Assembly (NCBI GenBank): GCA_963796275.1
Contig: CAWCKY010000001.1
Coordinates: forward strand, 576,001 to 640,000
Direction of reading: 5' to 3'
Origin: an uncultured Acidobacteriota bacterium
GTDB lineage: Bacteria > Acidobacteriota > Blastocatellia > RBC074
Length of the DNA: 64,000 bases
Made by a program: the position numbers and the translations under genes. The notes beneath the pieces were generated by a model that worked only from the letters and a program-made list of their open reading frames with translations, had not been told where the DNA came from and did not search any database. Below, piece by piece: positions 61,663 to 64,000 of this stretch; position 1 is the first letter of the stretch, and every line of letters starts with the position of its first letter.

Positions 61663-63543
61663 ATGCGCAAGCTTATTTTTCGTCTATTTTTCGTCTCGGC
61701 GGCGCTGAGCGTGATCGCTCTGGTGGTCAGTCATTCCCGGGTCGGGTCCGAATGGGGAATCAAGACAGTCTCAGCGCAGGCGAACACTCGGCTCATACCA
61801 ATAGCCAATGGGCTAACATCACCGCTCTACCTGACCAACGCGCGTGACGGCAGCGGCCGGCTCTTCATCCTCGAGCGACCGGGCAGGATAAGAGTGATAC
61901 GACGCGGGGAGACTGCGCCCATCACGAGTCCGTTTCTCGATATCAGCGCGAAAGTCATCCTGGGCGGGGAACGCGGCCTGCTCGGTCTGGCTTTCCATCC
62001 GCAATACAAGTCCAATCGGCGTTTCTTCGTCAACTACACCCGGATGCCTGACGGCGCAACGGTGATCTCAGAGTTCAAGGTGTCGGCAGCGAATCCATAT
62101 GTCGCCGAGACCGATGAAAAGGTCCTCCTTACGATGCCCCAGCCGTTCGATAACCATAATGGGGGGATGATCGAATTCGGCCCTGACGGTTATCTCTATA
62201 TCGGAATGGGCGACGGCGGCTCGGCCTTCGATCCCGGCAATCGCGCTCAGAACATAGAAGAGCTGCTCGGAAAGATGCTGCGCATCGATGTTGATAACGC
62301 GGACGGTACCGCGCCTTATTCATCGCCCTCGGACAACCCGTTCTTCGGTTCGACTCCCGGTCGCGATGAGATATATGCCGTCGGATTGCGCAATCCGTTT
62401 CGCTGGTCGTTCGATCGATCGACAGGAGAGCTCTATCTCGGTGATGTCGGTCAGAATGTTATCGAAGAGATCGACATCATCGCGCGCGGCGGAAATTACG
62501 GATGGAGGGTGTTCGAGGGGACGCAATGTACCGCGCTCGATCCCTGCGATGCTGGCTCGTTCACTCCGCCGATATATGAATACAATCACACTGGTGGCCG
62601 CTGTTCGGTGACTGGGGGCTACGTCTACCGCGGTTCGCGCGGAACATTTCCTGACGGCAGCTACCTCTTCGGCGATTTCTGCACCGGCGAGATATTCATC
62701 CGCCACAACAATTCGGTGAGCATGCTGCTCGATACCGATATGCTCATTGCGTCATTCGGCGAAGACGAATATGGGGAGATTTATGTGGCCGATTTGCGTG
62801 GAAGCGTATTTCGTCTAGCTACTCCCGGTATGGCGTCAACCGTATCGGCAGCCAGCTTTGCCGGCGGCCAACTCGCGCTCTCGTCCCTGGCCGTCGGGCT
62901 GGGAAGCGGGTTTTCGAACACGACGGAGATAGGATCTAAATCCGAGGGATCGATAATCATGGCAGGGGCGACTGTGACGATCATAGATTGGTTTGGCATA
63001 TCCACGCCGGCCAGGATCTTTAGCGTATCGCCGACTCAGATTGCCCACGAAATCCCACCGAATGCAGGGATGGGTCCTGCGACAGTCCTTTATACCAATA
63101 TGATAACCGGTGAGGTCTCCACCAGCCATATCGATATATCCAACGTCTCACCCGGGATAATGAGCGCAGATGGGAGTGGGACTTGGATCGCAAATGCTTC
63201 AGTGGATCGTCTGAGTTTTGACCGCCCATCGACTATCGAGCCGGTTTTCGGAATCATTAAAGGCCAGATCGTGCCCATCCCGATCGATGTTTCATCTGAT
63301 AGAGAGCTTGTTTTTCTCAATATCGCCTGCACCGGGATTCGCTTCGGACCATTTACCAGCGTTTCAGTGACGATCGGAGGAACTCCGGTTTCGGTCTTCT
63401 CCGCTGGCCCTATGGGCACTAGTATAGGCCTCGATCGATTGTTTGTTCTTTTGCCGCAAAGTCTGGAAGGGCTCGGTCTGGCTGATGTCGTTCTCACTGT
63501 GGGCGGACGAACGTCGAACACGGTGCAACTCAGTATTAAATGA
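61663..63543 (+). CDS. PQQ-dependent sugar dehydrogenase (GSDH/Asd family) with TIGR03437-like C-terminal domain
   Basis: ERGLLGLAFHP, NHNGG, GDGG, GLRNP, GGNYGW; tail VSAASF...SPGIMSADGSG...TSNTVQL. Confidence 0.9.
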   Translation: MRKLIFRLFFVSAALSVIALVVSHSRVGSEWGIKTVSAQANTRLIPIANGLTSPLYLTNARDGSGRLFILERPGRIRVIRRGETAPITSPFLDISAKVILGGERGLLGLAFHPQYKSNRRFFVNYTRMPDGATVISEFKVSAANPYVAETDEKVLLTMPQPFDNHNGGMIEFGPDGYLYIGMGDGGSAFDPGNRAQNIEELLGKMLRIDVDNADGTAPYSSPSDNPFFGSTPGRDEIYAVGLRNPFRWSFDRSTGELYLGDVGQNVIEEIDIIARGGNYGWRVFEGTQCTALDPCDAGSFTPPIYEYNHTGGRCSVTGGYVYRGSRGTFPDGSYLFGDFCTGEIFIRHNNSVSMLLDTDMLIASFGEDEYGEIYVADLRGSVFRLATPGMASTVSAASFAGGQLALSSLAVGLGSGFSNTTEIGSKSEGSIIMAGATVTIIDWFGISTPARIFSVSPTQIAHEIPPNAGMGPATVLYTNMITGEVSTSHIDISNVSPGIMSADGSGTWIANASVDRLSFDRPSTIEPVFGIIKGQIVPIPIDVSSDRELVFLNIACTGIRFGPFTSVSVTIGGTPVSVFSAGPMGTSIGLDRLFVLLPQSLEGLGLADVVLTVGGRTSNTVQLSIK

Positions 63544-63649
63544 ATGTGCAGCGATCCCATGCTATAATTTTTAGTTTGAATCGTTAGATCACTTGAATTC
63601 ATGAGATGCTTCATAGAATGCATAGAAGTGCATAGAAGCGATGAAAATA

Positions 63650-63686
63650 CAGGCGGGATTTACAGTATCTAGGTAAATCCCGTCTG
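63650..63686 (+). terminator. Hairpin upstream of gatB
   Basis: CAGGCGGGATTTAC / GTAAATCCCGTCTG stem followed by AGTTTCTT. Confidence 0.55.
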
Positions 63687-63706
63687 AGTTTCTTGGGAGA
63701 GGAATT

Positions 63707-64000
63707 GTGAAGGAAGGTTGGGAGGCCGTCATCGGCCTGGAAGTTCACGCGCAACTCAAGACTGATTCAAAGATCTTCTGCGGTTGTTCGACTTCGTTCG
63801 GAGACGAGCCCAATAAAAACACGTGTCCGGTTTGCCTCGGCTTGCCTGGCGCACTGCCGGTGCTCAATCGACAGGCAGTCAATTACGCCGGTAAAGCTGC
63901 GCTCGCGCTCAATCTGGCGATCAATACCGATTCAATCTTCGCGCGCAAAAATTATTTTTATCCCGATCTGCCGAAGGGCTATCAGATATCTCAGTTTAAC
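63707..64000 (+). CDS. gatB: Asp-tRNA(Asn)/Glu-tRNA(Gln) amidotransferase subunit B, partial
   Basis: Manual translation from GTG 63707: [25 protein letters not shown]...[15 protein letters not shown]...[19 protein letters not shown]. Confidence 0.96.
   Translation, partial: MKEGWEAVIGLEVHAQLKTDSKIFCGCSTSFGDEPNKNTCPVCLGLPGALPVLNRQAVNYAGKAALALNLAINTDSIFARKNYFYPDLPKGYQISQFN

Overview
A gene-dense bacterial chromosome segment. Gene content (TIGR03437-like tails, DUF3108, TonB_C proteins, heptamer intergenic repeats) suggests Acidobacteriota, possibly Blastocatellia; this is an inference. Left to right: a secreted Ppx/GppA-like ASKHA protein and a TonB_C protein; a co-oriented envelope/cytoskeleton cluster (tail-anchored coiled coil, Pro-rich membrane protein, Zn-ribbon/SPOR protein, peptidoglycan amidase, volactin/Mad28-like actin); a sigma54 two-component pair and phosphodiesterase; thiG; an FTR1 permease with a Fur box; divergent pyr operons; a glycosylation cluster; htrA; a nitrogen island (NifA-like activator, small ORF, glnA, GlnE split into two divergent genes, a second paralogous small ORF, ilvD); a PHP/GT4 cluster facing phoX; a PQQ dehydrogenase; and the 5' end of gatB. 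The two strongest novelty candidates are (1) an unannotated pair of paralogous small proteins, one in front of glnA and one in front of ilvD, tied to sigma54 promoters, repeated ACA-W4-TGT sites and the split GlnE, and (2) the actin-like protein embedded with peptidoglycan-remodelling genes. No rRNA, tRNA, CRISPR array or transposase was seen. All family calls come from motif recognition, not database searches.
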